A stretch of 63,878 bases of DNA from contig DJRQ01000038.1 in assembly GCA_002440125.1 (NCBI GenBank), positions 10,060 to 73,937 on the forward strand. The letters are read 5' to 3'. Made by a program: the position numbers and the translations under genes. The notes under the pieces were generated by a model that did no database searches, was not told the DNA's origin, and saw only the letters and a program-made list of their open reading frames with translations. Source of the DNA: Bacillales bacterium UBA6356 (GTDB lineage: Bacteria; Bacillota_I; Bacilli_A; RFN20; CAG-826). This document shows, piece after piece, positions 19,066 through 28,547 of this stretch (the first letter of the stretch is position 1; every line of letters begins with the position of its first letter).

Positions 19066-19811
19066 TCCCTTTGACGATTGAGGCTAACCGAAAAGCTAAA
19101 AGAAAGCTTTTTGTAGTTTTCGAAAGAGAAAGAATCCTTCAATTCGAAAGGCAAATAAACGTTATAAAAAGTGTATTCGGTGCCGCTTTTGGTGGAAAAA
19201 GTCTTGGTAAATTCCAAGAGGGAATTCTCCCCTTCTTCGAATAGAAGCGTCCTTGAGGCAATCAAACCATAATTCTTATCCGTTCCTTTCGAATAAGAAG
19301 CTTCAAGTTCGTCGGAAGCGAAAACATATTCCGGATTCTCTTCGAGACTGAAAACAAATCCAGAGGGCACTACCGCATTGGCGTTATTCTTCGAGAACAT
19401 ATCAAAGTCGTCCGTTGTTTCATAGGAAACGTTAATATCAATCCAAAGCTCCGAAGGCTTAGGACTTAATTTGGCTATGGCCTTTTCGAGTTCCGAGCTA
19501 CAAAGCTTAATGCGAAATCCCAATCGCGAACTCGTGCAAATATCCCTAACATCCTCGCCATCGACGATAGAAAAATACTCGAAGGCATATTCGCTATCAA
19601 AAACATAATAAATGTAGTTTTCAATGGTAATATCATCCTTTACATTACCAATCGAAGCCACAATAATGGTCGATGCATGAGAGGAGCCACTAGACCCTGT
19701 GACCCAACTCGAAAAGCCAACCGAAGCAAGAGAGATATTACTTAGAAGTAATAGCCCCCCCCCGAAACTCTTCGAGATATATCTCTTCAAATGTTCTCCT
19801 AGCGATTTCAT
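19062..19811 (-). CDS. Secreted/membrane-anchored protein of unknown function, first gene of a two-gene operon
   Basis: 249 aa; N-terminal hydrophobic segment FGGGLLLLSNISLASVGFSSWV. Weak or no SD. Contains the G9 tract at codons 17-19. Confidence 0.65.
   Translation of the reverse strand: MKSLGEHLKRYISKSFGGGLLLLSNISLASVGFSSWVTGSSGSSHASTIIVASIGNVKDDITIENYIYYVFDSEYAFEYFSIVDGEDVRDICTSSRLGFRIKLCSSELEKAIAKLSPKPSELWIDINVSYETTDDFDMFSKNNANAVVPSGFVFSLEENPEYVFASDELEASYSKGTDKNYGLIASRTLLFEEGENSLLEFTKTFSTKSGTEYTFYNVYLPFELKDSFSFENYKKLSFSFSVSLNRQRE
19755..19763 (-). repeat. Homopolymeric G9 (C9 on the + strand) inside the 5' coding region
   Basis: The + strand reads atagCCCCCCCCCgaaac. On the coding strand this is GGG GGG GGG, i.e. 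Gly17-Gly19 of the 249-aa ORF. Confidence 0.9.
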
Positions 19812-19930
19812 ACGCGAATTTTATCACTTGCCATCTCTAAATCGCAAAGATTTTGAAAAGTCGTTGATTAAAAACCAAAAAGAGAACGAAAAGCGGAGCA
19901 AAACATAAACGAAAAAGAAAGGAGTTTGCT

Positions 19931-20113
19931 ATGTTTTTCAAAGAATATATTGGGATTTTGCTTGATTTTTTTGATTTCTCAATTTCTTTTTTCCTTGGCC
20001 AACAAGAAGAGAAAGAAAAATATCTCCAAATCCTTAAATCTACAGATTCGGTGATTGCCTTAGGCTTAAAAACCGTTAAAAAGTTTTTTATGGGCGTTTT
20101 GCCACCCTCATAA
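19931..20113 (+). CDS. Small hypothetical protein
   Basis: 60-aa ORF with a good SD (AAAGGAG, 7-nt spacer). No recognisable motif. A short hairpin follows. Confidence 0.35.
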   Translation: MFFKEYIGILLDFFDFSISFFLGQQEEKEKYLQILKSTDSVIALGLKTVKKFFMGVLPPS

Positions 20114-20161
20114 ACATGAGCGAGGGGGCTTTAGAGCGTTCCGCAAAGTCCAAAACTTACT

Positions 20162-21043
20162 CTAGCCGTTAAAAGTCTCTAACATTGTCTTTAGAAAAAC
20201 AGCAACGTCCGTCTCTTTTAAACCTATCTCCATGTCTTTTTTATTCGGTTCAAAAGACTTTGTGACGTATCGTTTGACGGCCATGGAAAAGTCCTCTTCA
20301 TTCGTTTCCTCTTTGATGATGCGAATCATCGCATCGAAATTGTCGAAAAGCGCGGAGCGAAGATGCTCGTCGGTCGGTTTGGCACATTCATAAAAGAAGC
20401 TTGTCAAATAATCAAGCCGGATGTCCAAAACATCAACCCCCAATAATCCGAGCAAAAAGATAGCCAACGTACCCGTTCGATCTCTTCCAATCATGCAATG
20501 AAAGTCAATCGGATAGTTTTTAGGATCCAGAAAGACGCTTAATTCCTCATAAAGCGTTTTTCCCCCGTTATAGAGTCCAAGCCCATCGGAAGGAACGTCA
20601 TTTCCATAGAGATAATAAACCCCGCCTTTGGGATTGGTTGGATGATGGAGTGTCACGCTATCTCCAAACACGCTTCGAGGTTTCCAAAACGCCTCTTCCC
20701 TTAAATCAAGTTCATGTTTGATTTTTAAGGCATCGGAGGCCTTCCTTATAGCTTCTCCATCGAGTTCATCGAAAGCAGCGCTTCGGTAAATCATCCCCTT
20801 CTTAATCCTTTTATGGGGAAAAGATGTTCTATAAGAACCTAAATCCCGAAGATTCGTGAAGCCTTCTAAATGGGGACGAATAGGAAGTATCTTCTTATCG
20901 ATAGCATAAGAAGAAAAGGCGGTCGGTTCCTCGTTAAAACGTTTCGTGATCGAAAACAATTCCTTTTCGTTTCTTTTGTTCTCGTATAAAAAAGTCAAAG
21001 CGTTTTCCAAATAAGGTTTCTGAGTCAGATCCAATTCCATCAA
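20162..21043 (-). CDS. Protein-tyrosine phosphatase (Y_phosphatase3-like)
   Basis: 293 aa; CX5R active-site loop HCMIGRDRTGT. Confidence 0.8.
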   Translation of the reverse strand: MMELDLTQKPYLENALTFLYENKRNEKELFSITKRFNEEPTAFSSYAIDKKILPIRPHLEGFTNLRDLGSYRTSFPHKRIKKGMIYRSAAFDELDGEAIRKASDALKIKHELDLREEAFWKPRSVFGDSVTLHHPTNPKGGVYYLYGNDVPSDGLGLYNGGKTLYEELSVFLDPKNYPIDFHCMIGRDRTGTLAIFLLGLLGVDVLDIRLDYLTSFFYECAKPTDEHLRSALFDNFDAMIRIIKEETNEEDFSMAVKRYVTKSFEPNKKDMEIGLKETDVAVFLKTMLETFNG

Positions 21044-21154
21044 AATTCCTTAATTACTCAAAATAGGATATTGCATTCTAACCCAAAGCGCAAAACATCT
21101 AAAAAAGAAAAAACAGCCTGGTGCCGAAGCAATACCAAACTGCAAGATCCGCAA

Positions 21155-21232
21155 TGGTCGGGATGATCGGATTCGAACCGATGATCTTCTGCTCCCAAAG
21201 CAGACGCGGTAACCAAGCTGCGCTACATCCCG
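21155..21232 (-). tRNA. tRNA-Pro (anticodon UGG)
   Basis: Hand fold: acceptor CGGGATG/CATCCCG, anticodon arm TCTGC-TTTGGGA-GCAGA, T arm ATCGG-TTCGAAT-CCGAT, encoded CCA. Confidence 0.9.
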
Positions 21233-21236
21233 AGAA

Positions 21237-21313
21237 TGGCGCGCCAGACAAGATTCGAACTCGTGACCCTCAGATTCGTAGTCTGATACTCTATCCAGCT
21301 GAGCTACTGGCGC
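21237..21313 (-). tRNA. tRNA-Arg (anticodon ACG)
   Basis: Hand fold: acceptor GCGCCAG/CTGGCGC, D arm GCTC-AGCTGGATA-GAGT, anticodon arm TCAGA-CTACGAA-TCTGA, T loop TTCGAAT, encoded CCA. Confidence 0.9.
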
Positions 21314-21345
21314 ACACTCACTACTCCGCTCGGAATAGCTCATAA

Positions 21346-21374
21346 AATATAAGCTTCTAGGCTATTAGTTGCAA
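21346..21374 (-). promoter_or_regulatory. Candidate promoter of the tRNA-Arg/tRNA-Pro pair
   Basis: On the minus strand: TTGCAA (21374-21369), 17-nt spacer, TATATT (21351-21346); about 33 nt upstream of the tRNA-Arg 5' end. Confidence 0.45.
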
Positions 21375-21628
21375 GGACTTTTTAGAAATTCGATGACTTT
21401 TCGAGCAAGCGTTTAAAAGAGAATGTTTTGAATTCCTTTCCTTTGCTCTTTTCAAAAGGGAGAAAGGCAAAAAACTTTCTTTTTTTCTCTCCTTCAGCAT
21501 TCATCAAAAAATCTTTAAAGAAAGCATATAAAAAGAAAACACAATACATTTAGAAAAGGATTTGCATTGTTTTTTCGTTTTTATTGAAGGTTCGAAATGT
21601 TCAAAGAAGATTTGCTTGCGGCTATTGC

Positions 21629-23101
21629 CTAGCCATTCAAGCCAGTCGTCCGAATGCCATTAAAATCCCAAATCTGATTGGCGTATTCTGGATGATCGAC
21701 AAAAGGATTACGGCCATAGCCTTCGGCATAGAGATACTCATTGATTTGCTTTTCCATCTTGGTGACGGGATACTTGGCATTCCATTCTAAAAGAGATTTC
21801 AAAGTTCCCATCGTGTGAGCGTTTTTATGATCGCTTGGATTGTTAGAAAGTTCCAAAGGCTCGTTTCCTTCGCTGCTTCCGCCACTGCCACATGTTCCAA
21901 AATAAGCGGTCGCCGTATAAAACATGATTCGTGCGGATTCGCCTCGAGCCGCTTCATAGCCGCAAGAAGCCGGATCCCAAACTTTGCTCCCCGATACGCC
22001 ATAAAAGTTGTTGCTTCTACTCGTGTTTTCGCTCGATAGAGTAGGTCGAATGACGAAAGGATCGGCGGCCGGCCCGCTCTTTTTCCCACATCCCCGCGAA
22101 TTGGGCCAGGTGTGTTCCTTATTGACGCTATCCGTAGAAAGGTTTGCCAAATAAACGCCATCCCCACTCACCCCTTTTGTGACATCGGGCGAAGCATGAT
22201 AGAAAGGAACGAAATTATCGCTGCCTTTAGGATAGGAGGCCGCCTTAACGCCAATCGAGAGGCATGCCTTATAAGTCGTTGTTTTCGTCCGGTAGCTTTT
22301 GATGAGTTTTTGCAAGGACCCGCGGAAAGCGTTACCGAAAGTAGTAAAGTCGAGGCCTTCCCAATAAGTATCATCGGTTGTGCCACCTAAATTTCCACCT
22401 CCTGTCGAATCATCCGATCCCCCGTTTTTTGCTATAGCGATTTTGGAAGGAGCGTAGAAATAAACATAGCAATTATCTTTATATTTCGATGAAGCTCCGC
22501 AGAAAGACCCTTTGTAATATTGCAAATAAACGTTTTTAGAGGAAACGACTTGGGATTTGCCAGAGGAATCCATGGTAATAGTCCAGTCGTTGCCTTCTTT
22601 GTTGGCATCATAGCCAATGCTATAGTGCGTGCCATCCACATAACTATAGAGATCCTTGCCATCGAGAGTGAATGTATAAGAGCTTCCGGTTTCTGTCACG
22701 TTCCAAAGAGCGGTTTTTCCAATATCTTTGACGTCTTTATGCTCATTGGCTTCTTCCAAGGGTTCTCCAACAAGATACCAAGGAAGGGAGGAAGACTTCG
22801 CATTCGCGCTTAAGCCGAAAAGAGAAGTTCCGCTATAGGCGCCGATCGCCACTTTCGTAGAGGACTTAAACTCCTCCATGCTCGTTATCAGGCGATAGCC
22901 ATCCACCAAGGTTTCGGAAGAGTCTTGGGAGTTTGAAGAAGAGCTTTTCGAATCCGAAGAAGTATTTTCCGACTTCGAGCCATGCATATCGCTAGAAGAG
23001 GAGAGAGTGCTACTAGCGCCGCTTTCGGAAGATCCGCAAGCGCCTAAAACAAGGCAAACAAAAGAGGAGACAAATAACGCACTGAGTTTCTGTGATTTCA
23101 T
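21629..23101 (-). CDS. Secreted lipoprotein nuclease (Endonuclease I family C-terminal domain)
   Basis: 490 aa; lipobox LVLGAC-G, Ser-rich linker, C-terminal motifs NKEHTWPNSRG and GYGRNPFVDHPEYANQIW typical of Endonuclease_1. Confidence 0.8.
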   Translation of the reverse strand: MKSQKLSALFVSSFVCLVLGACGSSESGASSTLSSSSDMHGSKSENTSSDSKSSSSNSQDSSETLVDGYRLITSMEEFKSSTKVAIGAYSGTSLFGLSANAKSSSLPWYLVGEPLEEANEHKDVKDIGKTALWNVTETGSSYTFTLDGKDLYSYVDGTHYSIGYDANKEGNDWTITMDSSGKSQVVSSKNVYLQYYKGSFCGASSKYKDNCYVYFYAPSKIAIAKNGGSDDSTGGGNLGGTTDDTYWEGLDFTTFGNAFRGSLQKLIKSYRTKTTTYKACLSIGVKAASYPKGSDNFVPFYHASPDVTKGVSGDGVYLANLSTDSVNKEHTWPNSRGCGKKSGPAADPFVIRPTLSSENTSRSNNFYGVSGSKVWDPASCGYEAARGESARIMFYTATAYFGTCGSGGSSEGNEPLELSNNPSDHKNAHTMGTLKSLLEWNAKYPVTKMEKQINEYLYAEGYGRNPFVDHPEYANQIWDFNGIRTTGLNG

Positions 23102-23282
23102 TCTTCCTATTTCCTTTTCGATATGGAGGTGTCGCTAAGAGAGTTCCTAGCCCTTTAGAATACCCCTCTTAAAGGCTTACCGAAAGCGTTATTGCGACCT
23201 TTTCGATTGCCACTTTCATAAGAAACGTCAAAAGCTTCTTTTTCTTCTACCGTCTTTATTCCTTTGCATCTATCATTATTGC

Positions 23283-24593
23283 GTGAAAGTAAAAATTCCT
23301 TTTCTATTTTTCCGTTTATTTATCTTTGTGACGGGTTGTTCAAACGCGCAAGAAGCGTCTTCTTTCCCAACGCGAGAATATAGCAAAGAACTCCCAGTTC
23401 TCTATCTTGAAACCCTTGGGGAGAAGATTCCTAGCAAAGATGACCCTGAGTACGAGGATTATGCCAGGGGAAAATTGACTTTCGTAAGCAAGGAAGGGGA
23501 AGCTCTTTTAAGCGAAACGGATACTAAAATAAGGATCCGCGGCACTTCAAGCCGTTATTTCCCTAAGAAAGGCTACAAGATTAAGCTTGATAAGGCCTAT
23601 CCCCTTCTTGGTTCTTCGAAAGCGAAGAAATTTAACCTTCTAGCAAGTTTTCCAAGTCCCGATAAACTGCGGGACTACCTTGCCTTGACGATATCTTCTT
23701 CGTTTGCTTCTAAAAAGCGATTCTCCCCCAAGATCGAACCTGTTTCGCTTTACGTGGATAGCATTTATCAAGGATTCTACTATTTGGTGGACGATATCGA
23801 AGCAAGAGAAGGAAGGATCGCACTCGATGCCTTTAGCGAAAATGACAAAGCAATACCTTTCATCGTGGAGATGGATAGCTACGCTTTCCACGATAAAAAA
23901 GAAAGCCTCGACTATTTTAAGCTCGGAGAAACGAATGTTTTCGACTACGATGGGAGTGGCAAAGCGGATCTGCTCTATGTCATCGACGAGCCAAAAAGGA
24001 AAGATGGATTGACGGATTCGCAGTTTTCCTATATCGAGAAATACATAACGCAATGCCGCGAAGCCCTTTTGAAGAAAGACTTCCACTCTTTCGAAACACT
24101 TGTGGACATCGATTCTTTTATCGATTTCTTCGTCCTTTCGGATTTCTATAGGAACACCGACCACGCGGGAAGAAGCGTTTACATGTATCGAAAGGAGAAG
24201 AATGGAAAACTCATATTCGGTCCTTCTTGGGACTTTGACTATTCGTGCTCAAGGCCATGGTCTTTGAAGCCGAATACCGATTATTCTTTGGACAATGCAA
24301 CCGACCGCTTCGATGGCTTTGAATGGTGGAATCTTTTCTTATCGCTTCCCGAAGGGGAAAAACTAGCACTTGAACGCTTCCATGAATGGAACCTTCCCAT
24401 CATCGAACACGAAATAAAAGAAGCAAAGCGATATTTCGAAGCACATATAGAGGAAATCAAAAAAGACGCCGAACTATGGTATTCTCAATACGTCGTAGAC
24501 ACCGATGAACTCGTAGAAGCTAACTACACATGGTTTATGGACTATCTCACGAAAAGAATCGATTTTTATAAGGATGATGCGTTTGCATTTTAA
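23283..24593 (+). CDS. CotH-family protein (atypical kinase fold), lipoprotein
   Basis: 436 aa; GTG start; lipobox FVTGC; CotH-like core YMYRKEKNGKLIFGPSWDFDYS. Confidence 0.75.
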   Translation: MKVKIPFLFFRLFIFVTGCSNAQEASSFPTREYSKELPVLYLETLGEKIPSKDDPEYEDYARGKLTFVSKEGEALLSETDTKIRIRGTSSRYFPKKGYKIKLDKAYPLLGSSKAKKFNLLASFPSPDKLRDYLALTISSSFASKKRFSPKIEPVSLYVDSIYQGFYYLVDDIEAREGRIALDAFSENDKAIPFIVEMDSYAFHDKKESLDYFKLGETNVFDYDGSGKADLLYVIDEPKRKDGLTDSQFSYIEKYITQCREALLKKDFHSFETLVDIDSFIDFFVLSDFYRNTDHAGRSVYMYRKEKNGKLIFGPSWDFDYSCSRPWSLKPNTDYSLDNATDRFDGFEWWNLFLSLPEGEKLALERFHEWNLPIIEHEIKEAKRYFEAHIEEIKKDAELWYSQYVVDTDELVEANYTWFMDYLTKRIDFYKDDAFAF

Positions 24594-24748
24594 GATAAAA
24601 GACATTCAGGAATACATTGTTTATCCGATTCCATCCTTCTGATAATTCTCAATGTTCATCTCCTAGAATGCGTCCACTTTCCCTTTACGGATTTGTTTTT
24701 GAATCGTTTACCTTTAGAGAAAACTACTTCGAGTTTCGTAGTGAAATT

Positions 24749-24808
24749 TCGCCAATCGTCGGGTTTATTTTCCGCCAATCGTCGGGTTTATTTTCCGCCA
24801 ATCGTCGG
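24749..24808 (+). repeat. 2.6 copies of a 23-bp tandem repeat
   Basis: (T/C)CGCCAATCGTCGGGTTTATTTT at 24749-24771 and 24772-24794, then a partial copy CCGCCAATCGTCGG at 24795-24808. Lies 68 bp upstream of the ATG at 24876. Confidence 0.9.
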
Positions 24809-24875
24809 AAAGTAATTCCAATCACCAATTCTTTTGTATAAGATAAAGCTGTTTATTGCCCTCAGGAGAAGCGAA

Positions 24876-26150
24876 ATGAAGAATTACAGGAGCCGAATCG
24901 CCGACGAAATACTAAAAAGGAAATTGGAAGGAAAGGGCGCCGTTGTCATCGAAGGTCCTAAATGGTGCGGAAAAACGACTACGGCAGAGCAAATTGCAAG
25001 AAGCGTCTTGTATATGGACGATCCAACAAGCAGAAAAGGAAATGTTATTGTTTCTGAAACGAATCCGAAGCAACTCCTTGTAGGCAAGACGCCAAGATTG
25101 ATTGATGAATGGCAAATAGCCCCAAAATTATGGGATGCCATTCGTTTTGAAGTAGATCATCGAGGCGAATTTGGGCAATTCATTTTAACCGGTTCAGCAA
25201 CCCCCGTCTCGAGTAAAGACATCACTCATTCGGGGACAGGTAGGTTTGCTTGGTTGACCATGCGAACAATGAGCCTTTATGAATCGGGCGATTCTAGCGG
25301 AAGCGTTAGCTTAAAAGACCTTTTTGAGGGCAAGAAAAAAATCGCCGGCTATTCCAACCTCACTTTCGAGCGTTTGGCATTCCTTGTGTGTAGAGGAGGT
25401 TGGCCCCAAGCAATCGATACACGAGATGAAATCGCTTTGGAACAGGCGATGGACTATTACGAAGCTGTCGTCCGTTCCGATATTAATCGCGCCGACAACA
25501 CCGAAAAGAATCCAGATAGGGTCAGGCGCTTGATGCGCTCTTACGCCAAAAATCAAGGGACTCAAGTCCCAAATACGACTCTCGTAAAAGACCTTATCGG
25601 CCACGATGAGGGTTCGTTTAACGAAGAAACTGTCGCCAATTATCTTAAAGCGCTAAGAAGAATCTTCGTCATCGAAGACATGCCAGCTTGGAATCCGAAT
25701 TTACGTTCAAAAACGGCCATACGTTCATCCGACACACGTTATTATGCCGACCCTTCTATCGCGGTTTCCGCCTTAGGTCTTGGCCCTAAAGATCTTATAA
25801 ACGACACTCAAACTTTCGGATTCCTATTCGAAACGCTTTGTATGCGCGATCTCCGTGTTTTTGCCGATTCATTAAACGGCATCGTCTATCATTATCGAGA
25901 CAAGGAAGGTCAGGAATGCGATGCGGTCATACACCTTAGGAACGGAAAATATGGGCTTATCGAAGTCAAATTGGGCGGCGACACTTTAATTGAAGAGGGG
26001 GCCAAAACCCTTAAACTCATGAAGCAAAAAATAGATATCGAAAAGATGAACTACCCTTCGTTTCTTATGGTTCTAACCGGCGTTGGAAATTACGCCTATC
26101 AACGTGAAGACGGCATATATGTTGTTCCAATAGGAAGCCTAAAGAATTAA
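24876..26150 (+). CDS. AAA+ superfamily ATPase (AAA_14 plus DUF4143-like, COG1373 type)
   Basis: Walker A GPKWCGKTTTAEQ, Walker B-like LIDEWQ. Start moved to ATG 24876 (SD GGAGAA). Confidence 0.85.
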   Translation: MKNYRSRIADEILKRKLEGKGAVVIEGPKWCGKTTTAEQIARSVLYMDDPTSRKGNVIVSETNPKQLLVGKTPRLIDEWQIAPKLWDAIRFEVDHRGEFGQFILTGSATPVSSKDITHSGTGRFAWLTMRTMSLYESGDSSGSVSLKDLFEGKKKIAGYSNLTFERLAFLVCRGGWPQAIDTRDEIALEQAMDYYEAVVRSDINRADNTEKNPDRVRRLMRSYAKNQGTQVPNTTLVKDLIGHDEGSFNEETVANYLKALRRIFVIEDMPAWNPNLRSKTAIRSSDTRYYADPSIAVSALGLGPKDLINDTQTFGFLFETLCMRDLRVFADSLNGIVYHYRDKEGQECDAVIHLRNGKYGLIEVKLGGDTLIEEGAKTLKLMKQKIDIEKMNYPSFLMVLTGVGNYAYQREDGIYVVPIGSLKN

Positions 26151-26262
26151 TTCTTTTGCGAATCGCCGTCGATATAAGAGGATATTGAAAAGACCTCGCA
26201 TCGATATCATTGAGACAAAAGCGGAAAGCGATTTCAGAAATCTTAAAATCCCCGCAATACCC

Positions 26263-28536
26263 TCATATCTTTTCGATTATCATTCCTTCTTGGGTGTTGC
26301 TCCCCAAAGTAACCTTAACGTCATATTGATCGTTTTCGTAAACGCCATTCCCAAGGCTTTGGTAACCATTCGAAACAAGCGTTCTACCAAAAGACGCGAA
26401 ATAATACTTGTCGTTAAAGAGGTTGTATATTTTGATGCTGACGGGGCTTATTTGCAAACTTCTCCAATTCGTCGAGGTATCTTCCGAGAAGTAATAGGGG
26501 AAACCATTGGCGAATTCTTCGCCAAAGATACCAACAAGTTGTTGATAAATGGTGCCGCTTTCCTTTTTCCATGAGTCAATATAAGACCAAGAAGAGACGG
26601 TTTTAAGTTTCTCTACGACATAGGAAGGAACGGTAACAGGATTAGAAGAAGTGCCATAAGTGATAACGATGGTCGCCTCCCTATTGGCAAAAGAACTAAA
26701 GGAAAAATGAATTTCCGCCAAATACCCATCTTCATTTAATACCAGCTTCACCGTTGAGGGATCGATGTTGCTATTATTCCTTCCCCACAAGAAGCCAAAT
26801 TGGTCTTTGACGTAAGTTACCTCATCGCGCAGCTTGAAAGTCCTATTTGTTTTATCGCTCTTATCGAATTCGAAAACATCGGTCGAGAAATTGAAGATAA
26901 GGTCGAACCAATGTTTGGCGATGGTGTCAGTGGCATTTAAATCAGCGGTAGGAACAACGGAATCGGACGTTTTGTTGATGTAAAAAGAAGCCAGACCATC
27001 ATCGGTCTGATAATAGCCAGAGTACTCATGGTCGTCGGGATTGGGATTGGAAGTCGTCTCGGAATATTTTTTGTCGGTGACGATCACGTCTTTCGTATAA
27101 TAGAAATCCGTTTTTTCGTTGAGCTCGGAAAGCATGGAATCGGTCATAGATAATTGGATGCCGTTTCCCGATGTCGCTTGGAATTTCAACTTCTCGAAAG
27201 CGGGCAAGAGCTTCTCTTTCACCCCCGAAATGGGTTCGAGCGTTTTGATTTGTTTGAGAGCCCTACTATCCCCGAAATCCGAAATTCGGATGATATATTG
27301 CTGATTGCCGTTATCGCTTTCATAAATGGTCGAATAGGCATCGATCTCTTGGATCTCGCCGCTATCATTCAGAAGAACATCGATGGTGTTAATCTGGTAA
27401 CTCTCGGTGCTCGATTGCATAAAGGCGTACAAAAGACTCTCGGGATAGAATCCGTAATAACGATATTTTTTATCGGCGATTTTCCGGAACAAAGAAGGTT
27501 CAATCACATCTTGGGCGGTCGTCAAATAAGAATCGAAATCCTCTTCCGATAAGACTTTCTCGAGGATGTGGTTGGTCCCATCGAGGTATTTTTCCACAAC
27601 CTCGTTGTTGCCTCCCCTATACAAGACGCTATCGGAAGTCGCACTACTGCTTGTGCTTGTCACCTCCAGGTAATCGGAGGTGTAATTCACTTCGATGCTG
27701 CTTTCTTGGCTCGAGGAAGTCCCACTGCTATAGGTAACTGTGGCTTTGGAATACAAAGAATCCTTCTTGACGTTAGAAACGCTTTTCTCGCTTATGCTCT
27801 CGTCGAAACGATAGCCAATAGACGAAAAATAGGCATCGAGGTTCTCCTCTTTGGCGCTTCCGATAGCGGAAATCACGCCACTTGCGTCATAATAAGTCAG
27901 ATTGTCATTATCATCATAGGTTACGAATTGGAAATTGAGTCCGTTTTCAGCAATCCAGAAATCCACGCCAAACAAGGTGTTGCTAGTAGCCAAAGATTCA
28001 ATGCCCGATAAATAGGACATGACGTAAAGAAGCTTTTCGTTTTTCGAATAGAGAGCGTCTTCGTTTAGCGTCGATTGCGAGAAATCGCTTTCCTTCAAAG
28101 TAAAGGATTCCGATCCGATAAGCTGCAAAGCGTCCAATTCGGAAACGGAGAAATAAGGAATCCCATTTTGCACCGTTGCCCTCGTGATCTCTATTCGGCC
28201 TTCTTCATCCACTTCGAAATTAAACAAGGCTTTTTCCTTGTTGAAAATTTCCTTGGAGGGATTATCCATCCGGACAAGGCCCGCTTTGGAACCGACGTAA
28301 TATAGATAGTTCTCGGTGATAATCTCGGTATAGGATGAGCCGGAAACGGTGTAATCGAGCTGATAATTTTTCTTTTGGCATGCGTCTTCTAAAACCTGAA
28401 TGACGTTCTTGGCAGTCGTAGGCAATGTAGCAATAGAAGAATCGGAGCTATCAGAAGCGCTATCGGAGCTAATGCCGTTAGCGCAAGAGGCCAAAGCGAA
28501 AATGGATGCGGTTAATAAAACCAATTGTCTTTTCAT
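26263..28536 (-). CDS. Large lipoprotein, unknown function
   Basis: MKRQLVLLTASIFALASC-ANG lipobox followed by a Ser/Asp-rich linker. Start moved to ATG 28536 (SD AGGAGG); the N-terminal extension in the track ORF overlaps the upstream gene. Confidence 0.8.
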   Translation of the reverse strand: MKRQLVLLTASIFALASCANGISSDSASDSSDSSIATLPTTAKNVIQVLEDACQKKNYQLDYTVSGSSYTEIITENYLYYVGSKAGLVRMDNPSKEIFNKEKALFNFEVDEEGRIEITRATVQNGIPYFSVSELDALQLIGSESFTLKESDFSQSTLNEDALYSKNEKLLYVMSYLSGIESLATSNTLFGVDFWIAENGLNFQFVTYDDNDNLTYYDASGVISAIGSAKEENLDAYFSSIGYRFDESISEKSVSNVKKDSLYSKATVTYSSGTSSSQESSIEVNYTSDYLEVTSTSSSATSDSVLYRGGNNEVVEKYLDGTNHILEKVLSEEDFDSYLTTAQDVIEPSLFRKIADKKYRYYGFYPESLLYAFMQSSTESYQINTIDVLLNDSGEIQEIDAYSTIYESDNGNQQYIIRISDFGDSRALKQIKTLEPISGVKEKLLPAFEKLKFQATSGNGIQLSMTDSMLSELNEKTDFYYTKDVIVTDKKYSETTSNPNPDDHEYSGYYQTDDGLASFYINKTSDSVVPTADLNATDTIAKHWFDLIFNFSTDVFEFDKSDKTNRTFKLRDEVTYVKDQFGFLWGRNNSNIDPSTVKLVLNEDGYLAEIHFSFSSFANREATIVITYGTSSNPVTVPSYVVEKLKTVSSWSYIDSWKKESGTIYQQLVGIFGEEFANGFPYYFSEDTSTNWRSLQISPVSIKIYNLFNDKYYFASFGRTLVSNGYQSLGNGVYENDQYDVKVTLGSNTQEGMIIEKI

Positions 28537-28547
28537 ACTCTTGCCTC

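Noticed and set aside
21050-21345. ORFs of 97 aa (-) and 74 aa (+) across this interval.
   Set aside because: They overlap the tRNA-Pro and tRNA-Arg genes, so the ORFs are artefacts. The same applies to 33208-33415 (tRNA-Cys) and 49760-49988 (tRNA-Gln).
24749-24808. The tandem 23-bp repeat was considered as a possible mini-CRISPR array.
   Set aside because: The units are directly adjacent with no spacers, there are only 2.6 copies, and there are no cas genes in the window.
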